The position numbers and the translations under genes are program-made. 64,000 bases of DNA from a virus: IMG/VR virus record IMGVR_UViG_3300036859_000816, positions 67,133 to 131,132 of that record; one strand, 5' to 3'. Below the pieces are notes generated by a model, which searched no databases, had not been told where the DNA came from, and saw nothing but the letters and a program-made list of their open reading frames with translations. Of this stretch, positions 48,155 to 62,523 are shown piece by piece (position 1 is the stretch's first letter; each line of letters starts with the position of its first letter).

Positions 48155-48883
48155 TCAGAGGATACGAGCAGATAAGCGCATAAATGGTATCAGCAAATCG
48201 TCCGCGTTGGTCATGTTGCGAAATGCGCCCGTAATCGTTTGATTTGGTTCGATTTTCACCCAGCGTTCCACCGAGTACATGACCGACAAGGTGTCATCGG
48301 CCAAGGTCGTCGTTTCCTGAGCTTCGGCCGTTGTCGTATCTGTGCCGATGAGATCGCCATCGATGTCAATGGCGAGCTGAATGAGCAGCTGCACAGGATC
48401 AGATTCGGGCGGTCGTATCGATGCCTGCGCGCGCACGACAATGTTCGTCGGCTCGGCGCCGACATAGGTCATTACGCCTGTCTTGAACTCGATAAGAAAT
48501 GGAGACGTTGGATTGAACGGATTCCAGAACACAAACTGACCGGGTTGCGCTGCCCAGAATGTCGAACCATCGACGAAGCTTACCGTGGGTGGTCCGCCTG
48601 TTACGACTTCGCTTTGCCATGCAAGATTCGGATCGACAGGAGAAACGAGCAACACCCAACGACCAGGACCAGCGAGCGGCTGAACTACTTTCGTACCCGA
48701 AGGCGTATCCGTGCTGTCCTTGTGCAGTACGTACAGCGATTGGTTCTCAATGACGTAGCAGAGCGAACCGTTCGGCAGTTCGGTCGTGATGATGTTCTGC
48801 AAGGCATCGCTGTCGCTAAAGCCGAGAACACGAGCTCGAGGTCCGAGTATACGAGTATCTACGCTCGCGATGCGGTCAGTCAT
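48155..48883 (-). CDS. fibre/receptor-binding-like paralog 4
   Basis: MTDRIASVDTRILGPRA...LQNIITTELPNG...GPGRW. Confidence 0.65.
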   Translation of the reverse strand: MTDRIASVDTRILGPRARVLGFSDSDALQNIITTELPNGSLCYVIENQSLYVLHKDSTDTPSGTKVVQPLAGPGRWVLLVSPVDPNLAWQSEVVTGGPPTVSFVDGSTFWAAQPGQFVFWNPFNPTSPFLIEFKTGVMTYVGAEPTNIVVRAQASIRPPESDPVQLLIQLAIDIDGDLIGTDTTTAEAQETTTLADDTLSVMYSVERWVKIEPNQTITGAFRNMTNADDLLIPFMRLSARIL

Positions 48884-48893
48884 CGACGCTTGC

Positions 48894-49865
<972 letters not shown>

Positions 49866-49945
49866 GCCGCGGATTTTGCCGTCGCTTGCAAGCGGATGTC
49901 CAATTTTCGACGCAATTGGTCATGTACTTCGGTATGGTGGCTTCA

Positions 49946-51928
49946 ATGACCCTCTGTTTGACCATGATCGTGCGCAATGAAGCCTCAACTATCGCTCGTT
50001 GCCTGGCCTCGGCGAAGTCCCTGATTGACTGTTGGTGCATCGTCGATACCGGATCGACGGACGAAACGAAGGCTATCATCATGCGCGAACTGTCGCACTT
50101 GCCCGGCGATTTATATTCGCGTCCATGGCTGAACTTTGGCCACAACCGCACCGAATCTTTGAACCTTACTCGCGAGTGGCTCTCGAAATACTATGACCTG
50201 AACACTACATGGTGCTTGATGCTCGATGCGGACCACGAGCTCAAGAATCTCGGATTCATACCGAGCGAGCTGACCGAAGACTGCTATCTCATTGAGCAAT
50301 TTGACGAGCACATCACGTACAGCAACGCGCGACTTTTACGTGCGAGCATATCGTGGCGCAGCGAAGGCGTGACGCATGAGTATTGGACCGGTCCGGGTAA
50401 CCGTGCGCAGTTAGCATCACTGCGTATTCACGATCACAATGACGGCGGTAGCCGCGTCAATAAATTTGTCCGCGACGAGCGCCTTCTTCTTCATGGACTC
50501 ATCGACGAGCCGAACAACGAACGGTACGTGTTCTATCTTGCTCAAACGTACGAATGTTTGGGCAAAACGGAGAAAGCGATCGAACTGTATCGCAGGCGGA
50601 CGCAGCTCGGTGGCTTTGAAGAAGAGCGCTGGATGGCGCGACTGCGCTTAGGCCGCATTTTGCTCAACCAAAATGAAGCGCTCGGTGTGCATGAACTGCT
50701 CATTGCCACGGAAGAACGTCCGTCGCGCGCCGAGCCTCTCTTTACGTTGGCTCACTACTATCGCGAGCGCGGCAAGAATCAGCTCGCTTACTTGTTCGCC
50801 AAACGTGCACAAGAAATTCCGAAGCCCGGCGACACCCTGTTTGTCGAGCATCCAATTTATGATCGCGGCATTGCTCAGGAGCTGTCGATCGTGTCGTACT
50901 ACACCGGCGATCGTAAGACGGGCATCTTGGCATGCGAACGCTTGCTTTCGACCGAGCCATACGATGCAAACGTCGAATCCAATCTCGCGTTCTATGCGCA
51001 GCCGCTAAACGGTAAGCGCGGTCAGTATCAGATCCCCGAAGAGCAGCGCACCTTCGACGGCACGCTCTACAATTGCTCGAACCCGAGCGTGTGTGGCGAC
51101 GTAGTCCTGGTTCGACTCGTTAACTACACGCAGGAGCACGGTCGCTGGTACGTTAGCCGCGACCATGATGGCAAGATTCGTACGCGCAATGCCATCGCTC
51201 GCCAGGGTGAAGCGTTTACGATTCTTGACGAATCCATTCTGCAACGGTGGGAGCAGGACACGCGCATCCTCGGACTCGAGGACATTCGATTAGTTTCCTT
51301 TCAAAATCGCCTGTACTTTACGGCAACATGTTGTCAGGTGCCGGGCGCAGGCGGCAATCCGCAAGTTGTGCTCGGCCGCTTGTCAACGGATCTGCGCTCG
51401 GTCGAACACTTGGTTCCGATTCAATACGAGCGCCGCCGCAGCGTGGAAAAGAACTGGCTGCTTTGGCCGTATGGCGATGAGTTGCGGTGCGTGTACTCGT
51501 TCTCACCGTTCACGTGGTGGACACAAAATGTTGACGGCAGCATTGGCGGATCCGCTCACATGGGTCCGACCTGGAGTTACGAGGGACGTCTTCGTGGTTC
51601 GGCGCCAGCCGTCGCGCTCGATACCGAGCGTACGTTGTTTCTTACGCATGACGTTGCACGGCGTGACACCTACAACGTGTACACGCATCGTTTTGTCATC
51701 GTCAGTGGCGTGGTCAATGGTTCGAGTCGCATGCGCGTGACCGCACCCTTTTTTCTTGAACATTCGGGCATCGAGTATGCGTGCGGAGCCACGATTGTCG
51801 GCGATGATCTGCTCATCACCTACGGCTACGAGGACCGCGACGCGCGTTGGGTTCGTATCCCGCTGACGCGGGTCGCTCAGCAAGCCGCCAAAGAAGCCTC
51901 GGATGCAGTCGCCGTTAGCAGTGCCTAA
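49946..51928 (+). CDS. GT2 glycosyltransferase + TPR + beta-propeller-like domain
   Basis: LCLTMIVRNE, VDTGSTD, NFGHNR, LDAD, GVTHEY, FYLAQTY; GLEDIRL, EKNW, LRGS in the C-domain. Confidence 0.85.
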   Translation: MTLCLTMIVRNEASTIARCLASAKSLIDCWCIVDTGSTDETKAIIMRELSHLPGDLYSRPWLNFGHNRTESLNLTREWLSKYYDLNTTWCLMLDADHELKNLGFIPSELTEDCYLIEQFDEHITYSNARLLRASISWRSEGVTHEYWTGPGNRAQLASLRIHDHNDGGSRVNKFVRDERLLLHGLIDEPNNERYVFYLAQTYECLGKTEKAIELYRRRTQLGGFEEERWMARLRLGRILLNQNEALGVHELLIATEERPSRAEPLFTLAHYYRERGKNQLAYLFAKRAQEIPKPGDTLFVEHPIYDRGIAQELSIVSYYTGDRKTGILACERLLSTEPYDANVESNLAFYAQPLNGKRGQYQIPEEQRTFDGTLYNCSNPSVCGDVVLVRLVNYTQEHGRWYVSRDHDGKIRTRNAIARQGEAFTILDESILQRWEQDTRILGLEDIRLVSFQNRLYFTATCCQVPGAGGNPQVVLGRLSTDLRSVEHLVPIQYERRRSVEKNWLLWPYGDELRCVYSFSPFTWWTQNVDGSIGGSAHMGPTWSYEGRLRGSAPAVALDTERTLFLTHDVARRDTYNVYTHRFVIVSGVVNGSSRMRVTAPFFLEHSGIEYACGATIVGDDLLITYGYEDRDARWVRIPLTRVAQQAAKEASDAVAVSSA

Positions 51929-51944
51929 AACAAGGGAAACTTTC

Positions 51945-53240
51945 ATGGATTCGATTTTGCTCGGCATACCCACGCTCAATCGTTACGACTTGCTCGAATG
52001 CCTAATTGCTTCGGCCGAAGCCGGTACCATCAAACCGAAGGGCTACGTCATCATCGACAATGGAGGCCGTTGGCAGCCGACTCAGTTGCCAGACAACTGT
52101 CAAATCGTGCGACCAGAACGCAATCTCGGCGTTGCAGCGTCGTGGAACTATCTACTGCGCTGTTCGGACAGTGAGCCCATCGTCATCTCGAACGATGACA
52201 TTTCGTTGGCGCCTACGAGCTTCGCGGAGATTTTGAGTGCGTTGCAGAGTGGCGCGCTACTCGTCAATGCTTACGGTTTCGCGCTCTTCGCTCAGACGCC
52301 CGAGTGCACTCGGCGCGTTGGCTATTATGATGAAGAGTTCTATCCAGCCTATTACGAGGACACCGACTACGAGCGGCGCTGTCGCATTGCGGGCGTCGAG
52401 CGCATGGAGCTCAAACCGTCTGCTCAGCATGTCGGTTGGGCTACCAGTCGAGCGATGAATGATGAGCTAAGCCAGCATTTTGCATGGCAACGCAACAATT
52501 ACGAATACTACATGCGTAAATGGGGCGGACCGCTGGGTAGCGAAAGGTTTCTGCTGCCCTTCGACGGTAAAGCGCTCCAAGAAAGAGCGACGAAAACCTC
52601 CGTTCCGATCTGGAACGTATTGAATCATATTGCGCGGCGCATCGGTGCGAAGCGTTACCTCGAGATCGGTACGATGTCGGGCGACTCGCTCGAACGCATC
52701 GATGTTACCGAGAAGTGGGGCGTTGGTCCGCAGTTGACACACGGCGCTGTGCAGATGATGCGCGTGCGACGGCCGCCGGTCGCGACAGCACTGCTGCGCA
52801 TGACATCTCTAACTTTCTTCGATACCGTCATCGTGCCTGACTTGGATCTCGTATTCATTGATGGCGACCACCGTGCCGATTTGGTCTACGAGGAAGTGAT
52901 GCGGTCGCTTCCGTTACTGAGTTCGACAGGCATCATCGTTCTGCATGACTGCAATCCGCAAAGTGAACCAGTACAACGGATTCCGACAACGCCAGGTGAT
53001 CTGCCCGTCGGCGACTGGACCGGTGACGTATGGAAAGCGGTGGCGCGTTTGCGCCGGGAAGGCGTGCACGATGTCTGTACGGTTGACATCGATTGGGGTT
53101 GTGCCGTGATTCGTCCCTATCGCGGTCAGGGCGCCATTGATCTACCTGCGCCTGCAGAGCTCACGTACGCAATGCTCGAACAGGACCGTGACAAGCTGCT
53201 CGGACTGGTATCAGTTGACGATTTTCTACGCCGATTTTAG
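51945..53240 (+). CDS. GT2 glycosyltransferase + class I SAM methyltransferase fusion
   Basis: GIPTLNR/NLGVAASWN/YYEDTDY; YLEIG, VFIDGDH, LHDCNP, WTGDVWK. Confidence 0.85.
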   Translation: MDSILLGIPTLNRYDLLECLIASAEAGTIKPKGYVIIDNGGRWQPTQLPDNCQIVRPERNLGVAASWNYLLRCSDSEPIVISNDDISLAPTSFAEILSALQSGALLVNAYGFALFAQTPECTRRVGYYDEEFYPAYYEDTDYERRCRIAGVERMELKPSAQHVGWATSRAMNDELSQHFAWQRNNYEYYMRKWGGPLGSERFLLPFDGKALQERATKTSVPIWNVLNHIARRIGAKRYLEIGTMSGDSLERIDVTEKWGVGPQLTHGAVQMMRVRRPPVATALLRMTSLTFFDTVIVPDLDLVFIDGDHRADLVYEEVMRSLPLLSSTGIIVLHDCNPQSEPVQRIPTTPGDLPVGDWTGDVWKAVARLRREGVHDVCTVDIDWGCAVIRPYRGQGAIDLPAPAELTYAMLEQDRDKLLGLVSVDDFLRRF

Positions 53241-53279
53241 CACTAGACAGGGTCGCTAGCGTTGTCTTAGTGTGACGCG

Positions 53280-56722
<3,443 letters not shown>

Positions 56723-56723
56723 G

Positions 56724-57434
56724 ATGTCGATCGATTTCGAAAGAGGCAGCTCGCAGTGGGTGTCGTTGCCAGCGAACATGACATCGTTGCAAAATGTGCC
56801 CGGCGCTACACTTTGCGGCTGGATCAATATCGAATCGTTTACTCAAGATGGTCACATATTGTTCTTGAGCACTGGTACATCGTCGAGTTCCTCACGAGCC
56901 GATGTGTTCACGCGCAATGTCGGCAATCTCATTCGCACACTGGGTCGACGTCTTGATGCTGACGGTCAGAGCTTTATCAACAGCTCGTCACCTGCAACGG
57001 CTACGACACTGCACGTCGCAGGAGTCTTCGACTATACCAATCAAGCGCTGCTATTTTACTTCAACGGCGTGTTGGACAGTTCTACTGCTGTTGCTGCTTG
57101 GACCGGCAACACCAGCAATACCGTATCACTAGGAGCAGCTATCGCTGCCTTAGCGAGTGGCGTGAATCCCTTCGATGGGATCCTTCATGATATGCGCGTT
57201 TACAATCGAGCGCTGTCGGCAGCTGAGCTACAAACTATTACGGTATCACGGGGCAAAGACAGCTTGTTTTCCGGATTGGTGAATCGTTGGAAACTGACCG
57301 AACTCGCACCAGGCGTAACCGCCGCAGCAGGCGCCTCGGTACGCGACTCGATGAACCTCCAGAATGATGGCACGCCGCAGAATAGTCCCGTATACGCGAC
57401 TTGGCTGGTTTCCAATCGGCGGCGACGCAGGTAA
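56724..57434 (+). CDS. LamG/concanavalin-A-like domain protein
   Basis: TLCGWI, HVAGVFD, FYFNG, FDGILHDMRVYNRALSAAE. Confidence 0.85.
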   Translation: MSIDFERGSSQWVSLPANMTSLQNVPGATLCGWINIESFTQDGHILFLSTGTSSSSSRADVFTRNVGNLIRTLGRRLDADGQSFINSSSPATATTLHVAGVFDYTNQALLFYFNGVLDSSTAVAAWTGNTSNTVSLGAAIAALASGVNPFDGILHDMRVYNRALSAAELQTITVSRGKDSLFSGLVNRWKLTELAPGVTAAAGASVRDSMNLQNDGTPQNSPVYATWLVSNRRRRR

Positions 57435-57445
57435 GGATTTGAATC

Positions 57446-58003
57446 ATGAGTACCGTCGTTAACAAAACCACGTTCCAGGTTCTGAGTAGCGTCAACACGC
57501 CGGATTTCCCTACCGCGAGCTGGCTCATCAACCCAGCGGGCCTCGCAGCGCTGATCGCTGGCAGTGTGCCGACGCGCTACTGGAAACTCATCTCCGGTGG
57601 CACAGACGTCGGTGAAATGACGGTGCTCGAAAAAACGGCCGTTGATTCGGACCCTACATTATTGGCGGCCGCAAAAACGGACATGATTGCTCGGCTCGTT
57701 TCGGCAGCCATTACGTACACCGAGAGCCGGTACAGTCCGGATACGCGCGCGCGCTTTGCTCTCTTGTTCAACCAAGATCGAACGCTGGTATCGCTTCCAT
57801 CGCCACGCAAGCTAGCCTTACTCGCGCAGTTCGATTGGGAACAGAGCGTCTACGCCGCACTGAGCACTCGAACGACCACGGTCAATGCAGCGCTCACCAT
57901 TCCGGCTGTGTTAGCTGTTTCGACGGACTTCTCGTCATTCAACGCGACCGATCCGAATACGACGCTGACCGGTGTGCTGCTGCTCGCGACTGCCGTTATC
58001 TGA
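57446..58003 (+). CDS. putative fibre-associated/assembly protein
   Basis: follows the collagen and LamG genes; SVNTPDF...WLINP...RYWK...EMT..EK..VD. Confidence 0.5.
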   Translation: MSTVVNKTTFQVLSSVNTPDFPTASWLINPAGLAALIAGSVPTRYWKLISGGTDVGEMTVLEKTAVDSDPTLLAAAKTDMIARLVSAAITYTESRYSPDTRARFALLFNQDRTLVSLPSPRKLALLAQFDWEQSVYAALSTRTTTVNAALTIPAVLAVSTDFSSFNATDPNTTLTGVLLLATAVI

Positions 58004-58008
58004 TGGCG

Positions 58009-58401
58009 CTAGCGCGAAATCAGATAGATGACGGCACCGGCGCCGACGATTCCGAGCGCCCAACCCCAGAGCGGAACACCGAGCGGCTCAGGCAGTTGTC
58101 CCATGCCGGAGATCGCGGGCGGCCACGGCTCGTTGCCGATGCGCGGCATGACCTTGCCCTCCATACAGAGATCGCGACAGTGCTGCTGCCAGAGCACGGG
58201 CCGCGGCGCACACTGAGTGCGGCAACCCGCGAGCTTGTTCTGATAGGTGACCTGCGCTTGAGCGGCTGCGCGCGCGCGTTGTGCACCGTACATGCTCCCA
58301 TATTTCGCGGCCATCAACATGCTCACTGGCGGCGCCATGGGCTTCATTGCCGCTTGACCTAAGACTCCACTCGCATATGCAGCGGGTTGACGCATTAACA
58401 T
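58009..58401 (-). CDS. small Cys-containing protein with C-terminal TM anchor
   Basis: C..QC...HC..LC; GMG then PLWGWALGIVGAGAVIYLISR. Confidence 0.55.
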   Translation of the reverse strand: MLMRQPAAYASGVLGQAAMKPMAPPVSMLMAAKYGSMYGAQRARAAAQAQVTYQNKLAGCRTQCAPRPVLWQQHCRDLCMEGKVMPRIGNEPWPPAISGMGQLPEPLGVPLWGWALGIVGAGAVIYLISR

Positions 58402-58434
58402 GGAGCCGATGCTGCCAGCCTCGCCGCGCGGTCG

Positions 58435-58758
58435 TCAAATTTTGGCCTGCAATTGAGCGACACGGCCGTCAATTTGCTCGAGCCGGTCGTCGAGATCCTG
58501 GCACGCTGCCTGTAGTTCCGCCATGCCATGGAGGCTCGAGGATGCCCGGTCGGTCACTTCGCGGCGTAGCGTCTTGAACGCATCGAGCAATTGCTGGGTC
58601 GCGCGCCGCGCCTTGCGCACTTCATCGCGCAGCTCACTGATCTCGGTGAGATGTCCAGGAACAGCGGGCGGCGCAGGTACGACGAGGGGCTCTGGCGGCG
58701 CTGGATGAGGGTGCGGAGGCGGTTCGGTCGTAACCTCGTTCTTCGGACGGTCGCTCAC
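58435..58758 (-). CDS. Pro-rich coiled-coil protein
   Basis: GGAAGG RBS; heptad repeats. Confidence 0.5.
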   Translation of the reverse strand: MSDRPKNEVTTEPPPHPHPAPPEPLVVPAPPAVPGHLTEISELRDEVRKARRATQQLLDAFKTLRREVTDRASSSLHGMAELQAACQDLDDRLEQIDGRVAQLQAKI

Positions 58759-58774
58759 CTGATTTTCCTTCCCG

Positions 58775-59047
58775 TTATCGACCAGCTTGCTTCAACGCCC
58801 AGTTGCTAGCCTGAAGAAACAGCCACGTCGTTGCCGTCAACGCTACAGACAAATTGAGCGTTTCCGTGAGCGCGTCCGGCTTCGGCGCGACGAGACCGAA
58901 CGCACGAGCATGCGCCTCTTCAAATTCGCGCGCATACGCCGGCTGCGCGGGACTCAAGATGTCATCGAGCGCTACCTTGACGATGTAGCCGCCGCCGATA
59001 ACCGTTGCCGCGGTCAATAGAAGGAGCTGACGATCTTGGTCAGTCAT
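58775..59047 (-). CDS. small membrane protein
   Basis: two hydrophobic segments. Confidence 0.5.
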   Translation of the reverse strand: MTDQDRQLLLLTAATVIGGGYIVKVALDDILSPAQPAYAREFEEAHARAFGLVAPKPDALTETLNLSVALTATTWLFLQASNWALKQAGR

Positions 59048-59051
59048 ACGG

Positions 59052-59648
59052 TCAACTCAATGAAACACTCACAGGCAGTAGCGACCACGCTCCGGGTTGA
59101 GGCAACTGAATGCCGCACTCGGCTACATGTTTGGGCACGCTGAGTTGCCGGCCGGTTTCGCACCACAGACCTTGGTGTCCGGGTGCCGTGCCGAATGACA
59201 AACCTAAGCCGTGTACGGCGAGCCATGCTGCGGGTTCGTACGGTTTGCCGATTCGGGTGGTACCGTCCGGGGCGCGCTCCAGTTGGTAAACGGCAAAGCG
59301 CAGCTGACGCGCCAAACCGATTTGTTGCCCAACCATGACGCGTTCGCCCAGGCCGACCTGGATCTGTTCCAGACCCGTGTAGTCCAAGACGACCGCTTCG
59401 TCGCTCGCCGCAATAGCGACGGAACCGGGCGCCACGGCGGCAACGGCTCCCGGCGCCATGGCGTACACCGGCTGCCCTCCCGAAGCTTGCAGGGTCACGG
59501 CTGGGTCGCAGCCCGTCATGCCCGCGCACTGCTGCGCGAACGCGTTCTCAATCACCAGGCGCTTGGGTCGGTAAAGTGCCCGCACAAGAGCAGCTGTGCC
59601 CAATCCGCCAACGAGTAGAGCGCCCCAGGGCAACATCGAACGAGCCAC
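59052..59648 (-). CDS. M23/LytM-fold-like protein (probably lacking Zn ligands) with N-terminal TM
   Basis: GQPVYAMAPGAV, VGLGERV.VGQQIG, LRFAV, EPAAWL; AGGAGG RBS. Confidence 0.6.
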   Translation of the reverse strand: MARSMLPWGALLVGGLGTAALVRALYRPKRLVIENAFAQQCAGMTGCDPAVTLQASGGQPVYAMAPGAVAAVAPGSVAIAASDEAVVLDYTGLEQIQVGLGERVMVGQQIGLARQLRFAVYQLERAPDGTTRIGKPYEPAAWLAVHGLGLSFGTAPGHQGLWCETGRQLSVPKHVAECGIQLPQPGAWSLLPVSVSLS

Positions 59649-59658
59649 GTCATCCTCC

Positions 59659-59988
59659 TTATCGAACTAGACCACCGAGTAAAACGCCGACGGCTACACC
59701 GATCGCTCCGACAGCAATGAAAGCTCCCAACGACGGGGTACTCGAGGCTGGACAGAACTTCAGGCTCTGCACTGCCGCGTCCATTGTCTTGGCGTCAACC
59801 TGGTAACCAGCACGGATCGCCGCGCAACCCGATACCCTCGATGGAGCGGTAGTATTGATGCATTCCTCGAATTCCTGCGAGTAGCAGGGCTGCGTGCGCA
59901 CCGCAGCAAGGGCCGAGCTCAGCGTCGCGCTGGTCGCCGGCAGATCAGCACCAAAGGGTAGATGCGGGGCATAGAGCGCGTACGCCAT
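59659..59988 (-). CDS. small Cys-containing protein with C-terminal TM anchor
   Basis: four Cys; LGAFIAVGAIGVAVGVLLGG tail. Confidence 0.55.
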   Translation of the reverse strand: MAYALYAPHLPFGADLPATSATLSSALAAVRTQPCYSQEFEECINTTAPSRVSGCAAIRAGYQVDAKTMDAAVQSLKFCPASSTPSLGAFIAVGAIGVAVGVLLGGLVR

Positions 59989-60180
59989 CGCATCATGCTA
60001 CCGGCCGGTCGGGACCATCGTCCAATTTTTCGATAGATCCACCGTGGCGCGCGATCCAGTCCTTTACAGCGACGAACGGGCGCCCAACCATCCATCGACC
60101 GATCGGTGCCGCCGACCACACATGCTCGCCGCGCACGACGATAGAGAACACCGCATAAGGTAGTTCAATCCGATACCAGA

Positions 60181-60717
60181 TCATCTCAAACCAATCGGCC
60201 GTGGCTCGCCTTCGAAGGCCTGCAGTAGGCACGGGCCCCGGTATCCGATTGGAATGCCCATGACGTACTCAGCAATGGCATCGGCAGTCAATTCGACGGT
60301 ATCCGTATCGCGCTGTTTCCAACCGCTGCGCCACTTGCGCCACTGCTTGTCAATTCGCGTGTCGTCACCGTCGAACTGCTCACGGCGTTCGATTGTACCG
60401 TCGCGTTGCAGAATGAATTCTGCCGGATAACAGAAGTCGGTCGCATGCCCCAATTCGTGCGCGAGCATGGCGCAGACGGTGTCGTAACCGAGCTCCGCGA
60501 GCTCCGGCGCAACTACGATTTCGCTCCCGTCCTCGAAACAGGCCGCAAAGTGACGCGGCGAATTGTGCACCCAGCGCCGGCAGCGTAGCTGTACACTACG
60601 CACTCGGGAAAGTCCGACGTCGAGAAACTGCTCGCGTACAACGAAAAAGTACGGCTCAACGATAGCGAGCGCCTCTTCCGTTGTGAGATCGGTTTCAGTT
60701 TCAGGACACTCGCTCAC
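60181..60717 (-). CDS. HExxH zinc metallopeptidase-like protein
   Basis: MLAHELGH, downstream E..AD..A. Confidence 0.7.
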   Translation of the reverse strand: MSECPETETDLTTEEALAIVEPYFFVVREQFLDVGLSRVRSVQLRCRRWVHNSPRHFAACFEDGSEIVVAPELAELGYDTVCAMLAHELGHATDFCYPAEFILQRDGTIERREQFDGDDTRIDKQWRKWRSGWKQRDTDTVELTADAIAEYVMGIPIGYRGPCLLQAFEGEPRPIGLR

Positions 60718-60738
60718 GTTCTCAGACTTACTGCCAGG

Positions 60739-61164
60739 TTAAACCTGCGGACCTGGTTTGCCCTGAATGTACGCGATAGCCTGTTGGATCTGCTGACCCG
60801 TGATGTAGCCGGCGTCGATGCCCCCTCGCAATGCGCGCTCGCACTCCTGCGGCGTCAATCCCACGCCGACCATGACGGCGCAGCGCGGACAGCCGATTTT
60901 CGGACGAATGATGCCGTGCTCATCATCCTTGAACCAACCCGAGGGTACTCGCTTGAGGGAGATGTACGTGAGCTCTTCCCAATCGGCTTCCACATGGCTC
61001 GGCAGACCGCAGTGCTGGCATGTGTACTCCGCAATCAGGCCACGTCCGGTCGGTTGAAATGCGGTTGTCGACTTATGCAGCGCTCCGAGACCGTCGCTGC
61101 CTTCGAAGATGCCTCCGAGAGAACTGCGATATTGCTTGACATCTGAGAATGCGTCGTCGCTCAT
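60739..61164 (-). CDS. Zn-finger hypothetical protein
   Basis: CQHCG and CPRC; AAGGAG RBS. Confidence 0.6.
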   Translation of the reverse strand: MSDDAFSDVKQYRSSLGGIFEGSDGLGALHKSTTAFQPTGRGLIAEYTCQHCGLPSHVEADWEELTYISLKRVPSGWFKDDEHGIIRPKIGCPRCAVMVGVGLTPQECERALRGGIDAGYITGQQIQQAIAYIQGKPGPQV

Positions 61165-61363
61165 GTTAAAGTCTCCTTGTCGGATTCGTCTCCGCGCCGA
61201 CCCAGCCGGATCAAGCGATCAAGCTCTGTATGGCAGGCCGTGGTTGCTTCGTACTGTTGATAGAGCGCGCGAATAATGTTCACTCGCAGGATCTTTTTAC
61301 CGGATACGCCGCGCAACGAAGGCGGTGGCGCTGCCTCCAGCGGAAATTCGCGAACGAGGTATC

Positions 61364-61747
61364 CTAGGTCCGGCGCGCTGTCCACGCTTCTAGTACTCCA
61401 GTGGCTCTGCCTACTTTTTCAGTCAATCCGTTGATGTGTGCGGTGCTCTGTGCAGTATAGGCTGCGAACTCTTCGTCTGTCACGCAACGGCGCAGCCGCT
61501 CGTCCAGGGCCTTGAGATTGGCTTTGATTTCGTCCAGGGTTTTCTCGAGGTTTTGCAGCAACTGGACCGCGTCCCGTAGCTTTTGAAACTCGGCGGTCGG
61601 CACCGCGGACTCGGCTACCGACTTTTGGACGGCCGGCGTGACCGAGCTCTGGATGGCGGGCATGACGAGTTTGATCCACGCGAGATATGCGGCGCCCACT
61701 AACGTGCCAATACCGGTTCCAATGAGTGCGAACTGACTCGTGTCCAT
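61364..61747 (-). CDS. N-terminal TM + coiled-coil protein
   Basis: hydrophobic residues 6-28 then heptads. Confidence 0.55.
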   Translation of the reverse strand: MDTSQFALIGTGIGTLVGAAYLAWIKLVMPAIQSSVTPAVQKSVAESAVPTAEFQKLRDAVQLLQNLEKTLDEIKANLKALDERLRRCVTDEEFAAYTAQSTAHINGLTEKVGRATGVLEAWTARRT

Positions 61748-61749
61748 TC

Positions 61750-62523
61750 CTATACGCTAGCATGAGAGTGGTCGGCTTCGATAAGGCCCGGATCGAAGTG
61801 TCGGTGCGGCTGTACCGGTATGCGTCGTTCCGGTTCACGTTCACCGGACACAACACGATGGCTTACGAGGCCGAGATAGTGTCCCTTGCCACCGCGATAG
61901 ATCATTCGGTCAATGGAAAGTGGACCGCTCGCGTGAACGTGACTGTCCGTGCAGCGACGATATAGGTAATTGTACACGCTCGTATTCCACAAGCGCGCGC
62001 CGTTACTCCGCATCTTCATGCACCAGTGAATGTCTTCGGCAAGTTTTTGAATCGGAAACTCGAGACTATCCTCCGACCACGCCGCGAGCGTTCCGCCCGT
62101 CAGCGCGACAGCGAACCGGTTCTGTAGGTTTTCGAGAAACAGAAATAGATGGTAATCGTCGACGGCTATGAAATGCTGATGCTTGCCAACGATGTCGGCC
62201 TTCACTGCATTCAACGCGACCTCAGTCAGATAGTCGGCGCCGTACCAATCGTCATCGTCGAAGCCTGCCCAGTAGCCGCCACCGTTCGCACGCAGTTCCG
62301 CGATGCCGGTATTGCGAGCGTGTGATTGATGCGCGGCACTGGTGAGCACGCGGTCGGCGGGCAAACCGAGTCGTGCCCAGGTACCGACGGCAGGACCGTT
62401 CTCAACGATCCAAAGGCGTTTATCCGGGTGCAACTGTCGCTGGAAGTTCTGCAGCGTGCGCAGCGCGTACTCGGGCCGCGAGAAGGGCACGATGACAGTG
62501 ATGATTCCCGGCTGTGGTTTCAT
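61750..62523 (-). CDS. GT2-like glycosyltransferase
   Basis: TVIVPFSR, IVENG, ARNTG, FDDDDWY, AED. Confidence 0.75.
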   Translation of the reverse strand: MKPQPGIITVIVPFSRPEYALRTLQNFQRQLHPDKRLWIVENGPAVGTWARLGLPADRVLTSAAHQSHARNTGIAELRANGGGYWAGFDDDDWYGADYLTEVALNAVKADIVGKHQHFIAVDDYHLFLFLENLQNRFAVALTGGTLAAWSEDSLEFPIQKLAEDIHWCMKMRSNGARLWNTSVYNYLYRRCTDSHVHASGPLSIDRMIYRGGKGHYLGLVSHRVVSGEREPERRIPVQPHRHFDPGLIEADHSHASV